From Candidatus Eiseniibacteriota bacterium (GTDB lineage Bacteria; Eisenbacteria; RBG-16-71-46), in contig JANLWX010000138.1 in assembly GCA_031364845.1 (NCBI GenBank), forward strand, positions 1 to 11,481: 11,481 nucleotides of DNA, given 5' to 3'. The translations under genes were made by a program, and so were the position numbers. The notes beneath the pieces were generated by a model. It searched no databases. It was not told the DNA's origin and worked only from the letters and a program-made list of their open reading frames with translations. Positions 1 to 7,149 of the stretch are shown here, in pieces. The first letter of the stretch is position 1, and every line of letters starts with the position of its first letter.

Positions 1-2
1 GC

Positions 3-77
3 GGGCGTCCGAGCTTTGCGGATGTCGATCCTGACACCGCGCTCATCGACCTCGAGTCTCTTCGTGACCGCTGCTGA
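3..77 (+). CDS. Possible 3' end of a gene entering from the left (…GRPSFADVDPDTALIDLESLRDRC*), product unknown
   Basis: Frame +3 is open from the window edge to TGA at 75-77, stopping just before the hairpin at 83-119 and converging on the tRNA. Only 24 codons are visible. Confidence 0.35.
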   Translation, partial: GRPSFADVDPDTALIDLESLRDRC

Positions 78-82
78 CCTCG

Positions 83-119
83 AAAAGAAGAAGCCCCCAA
101 GATTGCTCTCAGGGGCTCC
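83..119 (-). terminator. Rho-independent terminator downstream of tRNA-Ser
   Basis: Minus strand reads GGAGCCCCTGAGA-GCAA-TCTTGGGGGCTTC: a 13-bp stem with G-U pairs and a GNRA loop, followed by TTCTTTT, about 30 nt after the tRNA CCA. Confidence 0.85.
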
Positions 120-151
120 TGCCGGCACTTCCAAGGCTTTCAGCGCCAAAC

Positions 152-241
152 TGGCGGAGAGGGAGGGATTCGAACCCTCGAAGGAGTTGCCCCCTTAACG
201 GTTTTCGAGACCGCCCGATTCAGCCGCTCTCGCACCTCTCC
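152..241 (-). tRNA. tRNA-Ser, anticodon CGA, 90 nt, encoded CCA
   Basis: Minus strand GGAGAGGTGCGAGAGCGGCTGAATCGGGCGGTCTCGAAAACCGTTAAGGGGGCAACTCCTTCGAGGGTTCGAATCCCTCCCTCTCCGCCA. Acceptor stem GGAGAGG/CCTCTCC; anticodon stem GCGGT/ACCGT with loop CTCGAAA (CGA at 205-207); long variable arm AAGGGG-GCAA-CTCCTT; T arm GAGGG-TTCGAAT-CCCTC; discriminator G. Confidence 0.98.
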
Positions 242-250
242 ACCGCTAGG

Positions 251-278
251 ATTACACGAGTTAGCGGGTTGGGTGCAA
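251..278 (-). promoter_or_regulatory. Candidate sigma70-type promoter for the tRNA, overlapping the integrase 3' end
   Basis: Minus strand TTGCAC (273-278), 16-bp spacer, TGTAAT (251-256), ending 9 nt before the tRNA 5' G. A similar arrangement (TTGCGG-N16-TGAATT) sits at the same offset from the tRNA fragment at 7045-7088. Confidence 0.4.
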
Positions 279-416
279 GACGGGTGTGACCACTGATGTG
301 ACCATCTGTCCCTGAATTCGCGCGGCTTCGGCCATCACGTGCGCGTCGCTGAGGCGTCCGTATCGCTGCGTCGTGACGACGCTGGAGTGGCCGAGGATTG
401 CCTGGAGTGCCGAAAG
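261..416 (-). pseudogene. C-terminal remnant (51 aa) of a tyrosine recombinase/integrase
   Basis: Translates to LSALQAILGHSSVVTTQRYGRLSD…, the LGH-x4-TT-x2-Y motif containing the catalytic Tyr. The upstream HxLRH and Arg motifs are absent, and upstream of ~418 the frame runs into the end of the beta-helix gene. Confidence 0.85.
283..302. repeat. Paired TGTGAC direct repeats, candidate integrase arm-type sites (copy 1)
   Basis: GGTGTGACCACTGATGTGAC has TGTGAC twice at a 12-bp period and starts 42 bp from the tRNA 5' end. It is 18/20 identical to 7130-7149. Confidence 0.6.
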
Positions 417-439
417 CGGTCGGGTCACCGTTCCGGGAC

Positions 440-2281
440 TTAGCGCAACCGAATGATGCGCTCCACTTGATGACCGCCAGGGTAGCGATAGTCGAGGAAA
501 TAGATTCCCGGCGCCGCCGATGAGCCGAACCACTCCACTGAGTGTGCTCCGGCCTTCCGCGAACCGTTCACGAGCGATGCCACGTAGCGACCCTGGAGGT
601 CGATTACGTCCATCTCAACCTCGGCCTCGCGAGCAAGGGTGAAGCTGATTCGCAGCGGACCGAACGCGGGGTTCGGTGTTACGCGGACCAATTCGAATCG
701 GCCCGCCAAGCCCGCCAGCACCGACACGGGCTCACTGATCACGACCGCTTGGCCACCTTCTCTCGCGACGAGCCGGTACCAGTACTCCCGGTCTGTCAGG
801 GCGCTACGATCGATGGCTACGCTGAGATCACCGTCGACAGTTTGTTCAGTCGCCACTGCCGCCCACGGTCCCGCGACTACATTCGCCCGCTCAACCGAGA
901 CTTGAGTCAGTCGTGTCGGATCGGCAATCCGCCAACGCACTCGGACGCCATCATGTTCCCGGTCGGCTTGAAAAAGCGTTACCAGAGCTGGCGTTGACGC
1001 GCAGCCCAGACCCCGCGCACCAATCAGCCCGCACTCAGGTGCATCGAGCAACGGCGATTTCGCAGTCAGGCTGACGCTGTCGTTGTCGACGTCGCAGAAC
1101 AAGGGATCGACGAACAAATCCTGTGGCGACGGAGACATGCCGGACACTGCACCAGAGACGTTGGCGAACCAATCGTTGCAGGACAGGCTGGGAATTCGCG
1201 ACTGAGCTCCAACGATGAGACCGTATCCATCATTACCGTACGCGATGTTTCGCTGGATCCGAATTGCGCCATCCAGCCGTGACTCATGCACTTCGAAGCC
1301 AGAGCCGCCGTTGCCGAACGACGTGTTGTTCTGGACGGTGACTCCATAGTAGTCGCTGCGAGTCGAGATCACGATGCCGCTACCACCAGAACGTCCAACA
1401 ACGTTGCCCTCGACCTCTCCGCCCTCTCCGCCAATCTGAATCCCATCGAGCGTCGAGCCGAGAATCAGGTTGTTCTTCACGGTGACAGGGCCATCGGAGA
1501 TCGCGATCCCCACGCCACATGCGAGGACTTGATTGCCGGAGAATTCGGCAGATCCCGCGGACGGCGAATGAGCGTGAAGCGCTAGGCCGGGACAGTCCTC
1601 GATGAGATTGTTGCGAACGGTCAACTGGCCGTCTTGGATCGCGGCGGAAAAACCATTGTCGAACCCACGGATGATGTTGTCCGCGACGTAGCAGCCGGCG
1701 GACGTGTTGAGCGCGATCGCAACACTTCCCGGACCCGTCATTGTGCTGTTAGTCATCGTGAGCCCCGCATCGCTCTCGTAGCTGACGATGATCGGGCCGA
1801 AGACTCGGCAGGATTCGACTTCAACGTAGTGGATCAGGCTGAGGGCGGGATTCCCTCTCAACGTGCAATCCACGAAGCGGAGATGTCCGGGACCGTTGCC
1901 CGCCCCGACGGACGTCACTCCGGAGTCGATCTCGCATCCACGGAACTCCGTGTCCCCCCAATGGACGATCGGTCCGAGCACGTGCAGATTGCGGAAGTTG
2001 AAATCTCCCTCAACCGCGAACATCCGCGGCAACGTCGGAAGCACGCCGAATGAGTCCGGTACACCAATAACCGTGAGAGCGCACCATTGGATGCTGAGTG
2101 GTGATGGTTCCGAGTGGGCGCTCACCATGACGGTGTCGATGACCTGCGAGTGGTCGTTGATCGCGTCAACGACCGCTTGGACGGTCGGAAAATCCCCCGG
2201 AACAGTGACCGTCGCAGCGTAGACAGAGGTGACCATGAACAGGATCAGGGCCGTCAGCAGCGGAACAAGGGAGTGGCGCAT
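440..2281 (-). CDS. Secreted right-handed parallel beta-helix (pectin lyase-like/NosD-like repeat) protein with C-terminal Ig-like and FlgD-Ig/T9SS-CTD-like domains, paralog 1 (613 aa)
   Basis: Signal peptide MRHSLVPLLTALILFMVTSVYA. N-terminal VPGDFPTVQAVVD motif. Repeated VxNNxIxG/GIxI beta-helix rungs. DPLFCD…SPLL cap. C-terminal PNP…ISFTL…DLQGRYVASL…PGIYF…RIIRLR. RBS-like GAAGGA upstream. Confidence 0.9.
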   Translation of the reverse strand: MRHSLVPLLTALILFMVTSVYAATVTVPGDFPTVQAVVDAINDHSQVIDTVMVSAHSEPSPLSIQWCALTVIGVPDSFGVLPTLPRMFAVEGDFNFRNLHVLGPIVHWGDTEFRGCEIDSGVTSVGAGNGPGHLRFVDCTLRGNPALSLIHYVEVESCRVFGPIIVSYESDAGLTMTNSTMTGPGSVAIALNTSAGCYVADNIIRGFDNGFSAAIQDGQLTVRNNLIEDCPGLALHAHSPSAGSAEFSGNQVLACGVGIAISDGPVTVKNNLILGSTLDGIQIGGEGGEVEGNVVGRSGGSGIVISTRSDYYGVTVQNNTSFGNGGSGFEVHESRLDGAIRIQRNIAYGNDGYGLIVGAQSRIPSLSCNDWFANVSGAVSGMSPSPQDLFVDPLFCDVDNDSVSLTAKSPLLDAPECGLIGARGLGCASTPALVTLFQADREHDGVRVRWRIADPTRLTQVSVERANVVAGPWAAVATEQTVDGDLSVAIDRSALTDREYWYRLVAREGGQAVVISEPVSVLAGLAGRFELVRVTPNPAFGPLRISFTLAREAEVEMDVIDLQGRYVASLVNGSRKAGAHSVEWFGSSAAPGIYFLDYRYPGGHQVERIIRLR

Positions 2282-2336
2282 TCAATCGTCCTTCTGCCCA
2301 TGGGTCTAGGCGTGGATGGCGTGCTGCCCACCGACT

Positions 2337-2927
2337 TTAGTTAAACCGCACTCCCACCGACCCCATGACGAGATGCGTCGGGCGGCCGGCCGTGAAGATC
2401 TGATGCCATCGGGCTTGGATGGCAGGCGTTAGTTGAGGACGTATGGGTCGAGCGGGTCCCGAGACTTCGACTCCCAGGCTCAGGCCCAACGAGTGACGGC
2501 TGTACGACTCGGAAAACCCGTTGCGATAGCGATAACGGGCGATCGTCAAGTAGTCCCCGAGACCGACGACGTAATGAAGGCTCACCCTTTCGAGTGGTGC
2601 CCGGAATTTGACGAGAGGAACGAGGCCGAATGACCGGTGATGTGCATCGACGTCTCGTTCAAACGTCGATACAACTTCCATGGACACAGCTTCTTCCCAC
2701 CAGAGCCCTTCAAGACCGAATCCCACGGGGCTGTCGTTGTTGTTGTGAACGATGTCCAACTCGAGGCCGACGCGCAGGTTGAGATGCGCCGCGTCGCGGC
2801 GGCCGATGATCCGCCCCGCTGCCGCTCTCGCTGAAGACGACCAAGGGCTGGCGATGACGAGCGACGGCAGAATCAGAGAGGCCAAGAAGCATACCTGCCA
2901 CGCCAAGCGTGAACATGGCCTCAACAC
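2337..2927 (-). CDS. Hypothetical exported protein, probably a small outer-membrane beta-barrel (~196 aa; start uncertain)
   Basis: Hydrophobic N-terminal signal-like segment. Several strands with alternating hydrophobic/Gly residues (VGFGLEGLW, LHYVVGLGDY, LGLSLGVEVS, AIQARWHQIF). C-terminal VMGSVGVRFN resembles a BamA beta-signal. Co-oriented with its neighbours and fills the gap between them. Confidence 0.6.
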   Translation of the reverse strand: MLRPCSRLAWQVCFLASLILPSLVIASPWSSSARAAAGRIIGRRDAAHLNLRVGLELDIVHNNNDSPVGFGLEGLWWEEAVSMEVVSTFERDVDAHHRSFGLVPLVKFRAPLERVSLHYVVGLGDYLTIARYRYRNGFSESYSRHSLGLSLGVEVSGPARPIRPQLTPAIQARWHQIFTAGRPTHLVMGSVGVRFN

Positions 2928-2999
2928 AACGTGCCATTACATGGGTGTGGGGCAGGTTCCCACGTCCGCGCAGGCAATGCCATCGTCGTGATTAGAGGG

Positions 3000-4778
3000 C
3001 TATCGCAACCGAACCACACGGCTCACGTGACTCCCTCCCGGATAGAGGTATTTGAGAAAGTACAGCCCCGGCGAGAGAGATTGCCCCTTCCACTCCACTC
3101 CATGCTCTCCCGCTGCAAGGGATCCGTGAATCACTTCAGCCACATGGCGACCTTGAAGGTCGAGCACGTCGATTTCGATCTCGCCGTCGCGGGGCAGAGT
3201 GAAGGTGATTCGCAATGGGCCGAAACTTGGATTCGGGGTCACGCCGATGAGTTCAAACCGGCCTGCTGCACCCGCGACCACTGACCTGCCTTCGCCGATC
3301 ACAACCGCCTGCCCTCCTTCACGCGCGACAAGTCGGTACCAGTATTCCTGGTCCGCGACGACGCTACGATCAATGGCAACGCTGGCCTCACCCTCGGCAA
3401 ACCGCTCCGTCACGATCATCGCCCATGGCCCAGCGACATGATCTGATCGCTCGATCCAGATTTCGGCCAACCGTGTCGGATCGGCAAGCTGCCAGCTCAC
3501 GCGCACGCCCTCCTCCACGCGGTGGGCGGTGAACATCGTTACCAAGGTGGCCGTGGACGCGCAGCCCATACCCCTGGCCCCGATCAATCCGCAGCCCGGT
3601 GCGTTGAGCAACGGCGAATTCGCGGCGAGGCTGACGCTGTCGTTCGCGACATCGCAGAACAGAGGGTCGAGGGCAAGGTCAGTCGGCGATGGATCCACAC
3701 CCGAGACGGCGCTCGAATCGTTCCCAAACCAATCGTTGCAGGAAAGCCCGGGATCTACCGGCCCGATCGACAGCAACCCGTGCCCACCGTTGCCGTAGCC
3801 GATGTTGTGCGTGACGTCGTTCTGATCAGGGACTTCAGCCAGAAGGAATGCGAAACCGGAGCCTGCATTACCGAAACTCGTATTGTTGACGACCGCAATA
3901 TCTCTAATGAAGCTCATGGACGGACATTCCAGGTACAGACCGTGCCCGCCACATCTCCCGACAATGTTGCGTTCGATCCGAGCATCGGGGCCCGAGATTC
4001 CGACGGCAATGCCGTGACCAGCGCAATCGGTGACTGTGTTCTCCGACACTTGAACGATTCCGCTGACGCCTATCCCCGTCCCGCAATCCTCGATGACATT
4101 GCGTTCGACGATGACGATGGTCTCTTCACCGCCCGCGCTGATTGCCGACGCAAAGCCCCGGATCGTATTTCCACGGATCGAAACGTGCACATCTCCGGTG
4201 GCGGTGATCGCGGTGCCGTCACTCGGACCGGTAAACGTGGAGTTTCCGACGTTCAAGACTCCATCTTCCCGGAGCACGACCGAGCCCTGATCCAGCCAGC
4301 ACGCATTGATGTCGAGTCCCACATCGCTGTAGGCAAACACGGTTCCCGTAATCCTGCAGCCAACGAAACTCACTGAACGCGGTGACCCATCAATCCCGCT
4401 CGTAAACCCGGATTCGAGACGACATCCGTGAAAAGCAAGGAAGGCTTCACCGATCGTGTGAATAAGCCCGGTGAACCGCAAATTGACGAACGCGGAGATG
4501 TGGTTCGAGTTGACCGTCATGCGGCCAATCGAGGGTCGCGTCAATGAATCGCCCAGGCCCATGACCGTCAAGTCTTCAAGATTCACCGCGTAGAGCGAGT
4601 CCGTGACGACGCCCGGCTTCACGTAGACGGTGTCGAACCTGCCGGTGCTGTTCAGCGAATCCATCACAGCCTGGAGTGTCGGAATGTCGTCTGGAACCGT
4701 CACGCTCGTAGCATGGGCAGGCAGATGCGCGATCAGAAGAGCGACGATCGACAGTAGAAGCAAGGCAGAGCGGCCCAT
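3000..4778 (-). CDS. Secreted parallel beta-helix protein with the same C-terminal module, paralog 2 (592 aa)
   Basis: ATG at 4778 has GGAGGA 7 nt upstream, preferred over the TTG at 4793. Signal peptide ends AHA/TSVTVPDDIPTLQA. Same architecture as paralog 1; ends RVVRLR. Confidence 0.9.
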   Translation of the reverse strand: MGRSALLLLSIVALLIAHLPAHATSVTVPDDIPTLQAVMDSLNSTGRFDTVYVKPGVVTDSLYAVNLEDLTVMGLGDSLTRPSIGRMTVNSNHISAFVNLRFTGLIHTIGEAFLAFHGCRLESGFTSGIDGSPRSVSFVGCRITGTVFAYSDVGLDINACWLDQGSVVLREDGVLNVGNSTFTGPSDGTAITATGDVHVSIRGNTIRGFASAISAGGEETIVIVERNVIEDCGTGIGVSGIVQVSENTVTDCAGHGIAVGISGPDARIERNIVGRCGGHGLYLECPSMSFIRDIAVVNNTSFGNAGSGFAFLLAEVPDQNDVTHNIGYGNGGHGLLSIGPVDPGLSCNDWFGNDSSAVSGVDPSPTDLALDPLFCDVANDSVSLAANSPLLNAPGCGLIGARGMGCASTATLVTMFTAHRVEEGVRVSWQLADPTRLAEIWIERSDHVAGPWAMIVTERFAEGEASVAIDRSVVADQEYWYRLVAREGGQAVVIGEGRSVVAGAAGRFELIGVTPNPSFGPLRITFTLPRDGEIEIDVLDLQGRHVAEVIHGSLAAGEHGVEWKGQSLSPGLYFLKYLYPGGSHVSRVVRLR

Positions 4779-4841
4779 GCGGCTATCCTCCAAGACAATT
4801 GGCGACGTCCCTTGACGATAAATCGACGGCCTGGGGTCAGG

Positions 4842-6677
4842 TCAGCGTAACCGGATCACTCGCTCCACCTGATGGCCGCCCGGGAAGCGATAGTCTACGA
4901 GATAGATCCCGGGCGAGACCGATCTCCCACTCCACTCCACAGTGTGCGTTCCGGCGGCACGAGAACCGCCAACAAGCGAAGTCACAAGACGACCTTGGAG
5001 ATCGAGCACATCCACTGCGACCGACGCCTCTCGGGCCAGGGTGAAGCTGATACTCATGGGACCAAATCCGGGATTCGGCGCCACTCGGGTGAGCTCGAAT
5101 CGAGCAGCCATGCTTCCAGAAACCGACACGGGCTCACTGATCACGAATTCACTGCCGGCACCCACGACGAGACGGTACCAGTACCTGTGTTCGGGCTGCG
5201 CATTGCGATCAAGCGCGATGATCACGTCGCCTTCAGTGGTTCGTTCGGCGGCAACAACCGCCCACGGCCCGGCAATCACGTCCGCCCGCTCGACCCGCAC
5301 TTCGTAAAGGCGCGCAGGATCGGCCAGTCTCCAGCTCACTCGCACTCCATTGGCTTCGCGTTGCGCCGTGAACATCGTCACCAGCGTGGGCGTGGCCGCG
5401 CATCCCACCCCCCGCGCGCCGATCAATCCACATCCTGGTGCGTTGAGCAACGGCGAATCAGCGGCCAGAGACACACTGTCGAGATCGACATCGCAGAGGA
5501 GCGGATCGAGTGCCAGGTCGTCGGCAGATGCGCCTATGCCCTCGACAGCGCTCGAGTCATTGCCAAACCAATCGTTGCACGACAGCGTGAATTCCGCCCC
5601 GAGCGAGAGCAATCCGTGGCCGCCATTGCGGTAGCCAATGTTGTGCGTGACTACATCCGGCACGCCACCGTGAGCCGCCCGGGACACGGCGTCTGGATTG
5701 CTGTCCAAATCGCGGACGAACCCGGACCATGCGTTGTCATAGCTCGTGTTGTTGCGAACAGCGACGGCACCGTAAGTACTCCCGACGCGGCGCTCGATGA
5801 ACAATCCGTTACGGCCCGAGCGAGCGACGATGTTGCGCTCGCAGTTGCCATCAGTCTCGATCACACGAAGCCGAATGCCATCCCCGGTGCAATCGGTGAC
5901 GATGTTGCCTACGACCTGACGAGGGTTGGTTACATCGATGCCTATACCACAACGGCGCACTTGGTTCCCAAAGAGCGACCCATCTTCCTGCAATGACACG
6001 CCCACGCTGCACATTTCAATAACGTTGTTCGTGATGGCGAACGATCCATCACCGTAAATGGCAGTCCCCAGATCGCGGAACGTGCAGCCTTGGACTACGG
6101 TTTCGGGATCAAATCCGCCCACTGCCCTGACTCCGTAACTGGCCGGGCCTCTAAAGGCGCTGTTGCGCACCGTCAGCCGGCTATCCTCTTGGTTCACGAT
6201 GGTGCCTTGGTCGAACCAGCATGAATCGACATTTACGAAGGCATCACTCACGGCGAGCACGGTCCCCGAGATGCGGCAACCGACCATCGTTACATTGCGC
6301 GGGCCTCCATTGATCAACGTTGTGAAACCGGCCTCGAATCGACAGTCCCGAAAGATGGAGTTCCCTTGCGTGGCTGTTTGAACCGAGCCCGAAAACCGCA
6401 GGTTGACGAACGTGGCGTCTTGGTCGAACAACATTGAAGCGACCGAAGGACGGCTCAAAGAATCGCCCAGCCCGATCACGATGTGATTACCGAGATTGTG
6501 TGTTTCGATCGGGCCAGACACGACGCCCGGCTTCACGAAGACCGTGTCCGCGGGCTGGCTGTTCAACGAGTTGAACGCTGCCTGGAGCGTTGCAAAGTCG
6601 TCAGGAACGGTCACTGACGTGGCATACGCGGGCGCTACTGTGAACAGCAGCAGGGCGATGGGCAAAGAGCGTCGCAC
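4842..6677 (-). CDS. Secreted parallel beta-helix protein with the same C-terminal module, paralog 3 (611 aa)
   Basis: In-frame GTG at 6677 has AAGGAGA 8 nt upstream and gives signal peptide MRRSLPIALLLFTVAPAYA/TSVTVPDDFATLQA, matching the paralogs. The ORF-track start at 6803 is probably too long. Ends RVIRLR. Confidence 0.9.
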   Translation of the reverse strand: MRRSLPIALLLFTVAPAYATSVTVPDDFATLQAAFNSLNSQPADTVFVKPGVVSGPIETHNLGNHIVIGLGDSLSRPSVASMLFDQDATFVNLRFSGSVQTATQGNSIFRDCRFEAGFTTLINGGPRNVTMVGCRISGTVLAVSDAFVNVDSCWFDQGTIVNQEDSRLTVRNSAFRGPASYGVRAVGGFDPETVVQGCTFRDLGTAIYGDGSFAITNNVIEMCSVGVSLQEDGSLFGNQVRRCGIGIDVTNPRQVVGNIVTDCTGDGIRLRVIETDGNCERNIVARSGRNGLFIERRVGSTYGAVAVRNNTSYDNAWSGFVRDLDSNPDAVSRAAHGGVPDVVTHNIGYRNGGHGLLSLGAEFTLSCNDWFGNDSSAVEGIGASADDLALDPLLCDVDLDSVSLAADSPLLNAPGCGLIGARGVGCAATPTLVTMFTAQREANGVRVSWRLADPARLYEVRVERADVIAGPWAVVAAERTTEGDVIIALDRNAQPEHRYWYRLVVGAGSEFVISEPVSVSGSMAARFELTRVAPNPGFGPMSISFTLAREASVAVDVLDLQGRLVTSLVGGSRAAGTHTVEWSGRSVSPGIYLVDYRFPGGHQVERVIRLR

Positions 6678-6918
6678 GCGGTCATTCTCCTTCCGATGGT
6701 CGACCACCGGGTAGATCGAGTTTATCTCCCTCGCGTGAGGGTGGGGATCATACACCCGTGGATCCGGCGTTGTTCTCATTATTGGAGCGGGATAGCGGGT
6801 CAATGAGGGCCTGTCCTGATTTCTGTGTAAGCCCCTTCCGGGTCACGCGGGCAGTCGTCCTTCCGACATGATGGCAACCTGATTCAGGGCGAACGCCACT
6901 ATATCGTCCTGGTTGATG

Positions 6919-6936
6919 GGTGTACGATCGGTGTAC
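6919..6936. repeat. GGTGTAC direct repeat pair (11-bp period), candidate arm-type or regulator site
   Basis: GGTGTACgatcGGTGTAC in non-coding DNA about 110 bp inside the att-like tRNA fragment. Confidence 0.4.
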
Positions 6937-7044
6937 ACCTCATCGTCCTTTCTGGCCAGCAACAAGACCCTGCCGAAAATGCGGCACGGGCTTGGAATTG
7001 CAAGGGCTAACGTGATTTCCGCGGATCGAGGCGGTGTGGGTCAA

Positions 7045-7088
7045 AACGATTTTCGAGACCGCTGATTCAGCCGCTCTCGCACCTCTCC
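7045..7088 (-). repeat. Degenerate copy of the 5' half of tRNA-Ser(CGA); att-like junction
   Basis: 7064-7088 equals 217-241 (25/25). 7050-7062 equals 202-214 (13/13, includes the anticodon loop). 7045-7048 equals 197-200. Differences are G201 to A and CC215-216 to a single T. No variable arm, T arm or 3' acceptor strand follows. Confidence 0.92.
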
Positions 7089-7129
7089 GGGACGAGAAAT
7101 TCACGACTTACGAGGTTCTCCGCAACTCA

Positions 7130-7149
7130 GGTGTGACCGCTGCTGTGAC
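7130..7149. repeat. Paired TGTGAC direct repeats, candidate integrase arm-type sites (copy 2)
   Basis: GGTGTGACCGCTGCTGTGAC starts 42 bp from the 5' end of the tRNA fragment, the same offset as copy 1. Confidence 0.6.

Larger units (their letters stand above)
197..7088. mobile_element. Decayed tRNA-Ser(CGA)-targeted integrative island (~6.85 kb) bounded by direct repeats of the tRNA 5' half
   Basis: 197-241 is repeated at 7045-7088, and an integrase remnant abuts one end. The interior contains only cargo genes. Confidence 0.75.

Noticed and set aside
64..76. 13-bp exact match GTGACCGCTGCTG to 7133-7145
   Set aside because: It lacks the TGTGAC pair, probably lies in the end of a coding frame, and one match of this length is plausible by chance in 11 kb of GC-rich DNA. 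Worth revisiting only if an island is found on the tRNA's 3' side.
16..198. 60-aa plus-strand ORF
   Set aside because: It runs antisense through the tRNA and its terminator; AEREGFEPS is the typical translation of a reverse-complemented tRNA.
283..302. CRP/FNR site suggested by TGTGA
   Set aside because: The half-sites are direct repeats, not the inverted TGTGA-N6-TCACA arrangement.
417..533. N-terminal part of the 261..533 ORF as a real 90-aa gene
   Set aside because: It overlaps the end of paralog 1 in another frame. Only 261-416 is integrase-like.
2282..2346. Integron attC site (GTTTAAC on the minus strand at the barrel gene's end)
   Set aside because: No matching GTTRRRY or attC-like hairpin follows, and the other intergenic spacers share no such structure.
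3522..5996. Long plus-strand ORFs 3522..4376 and 4872..5996 (also 542..997 and similar)
   Set aside because: They are antisense shadows of GC-rich genes with no recognisable motifs; their mutual similarity just mirrors the paralogy.
6678..6803. 42-aa N-terminal extension of paralog 3
   Set aside because: It would bury the signal peptide. The RBS and paralog alignment support the GTG at 6677.
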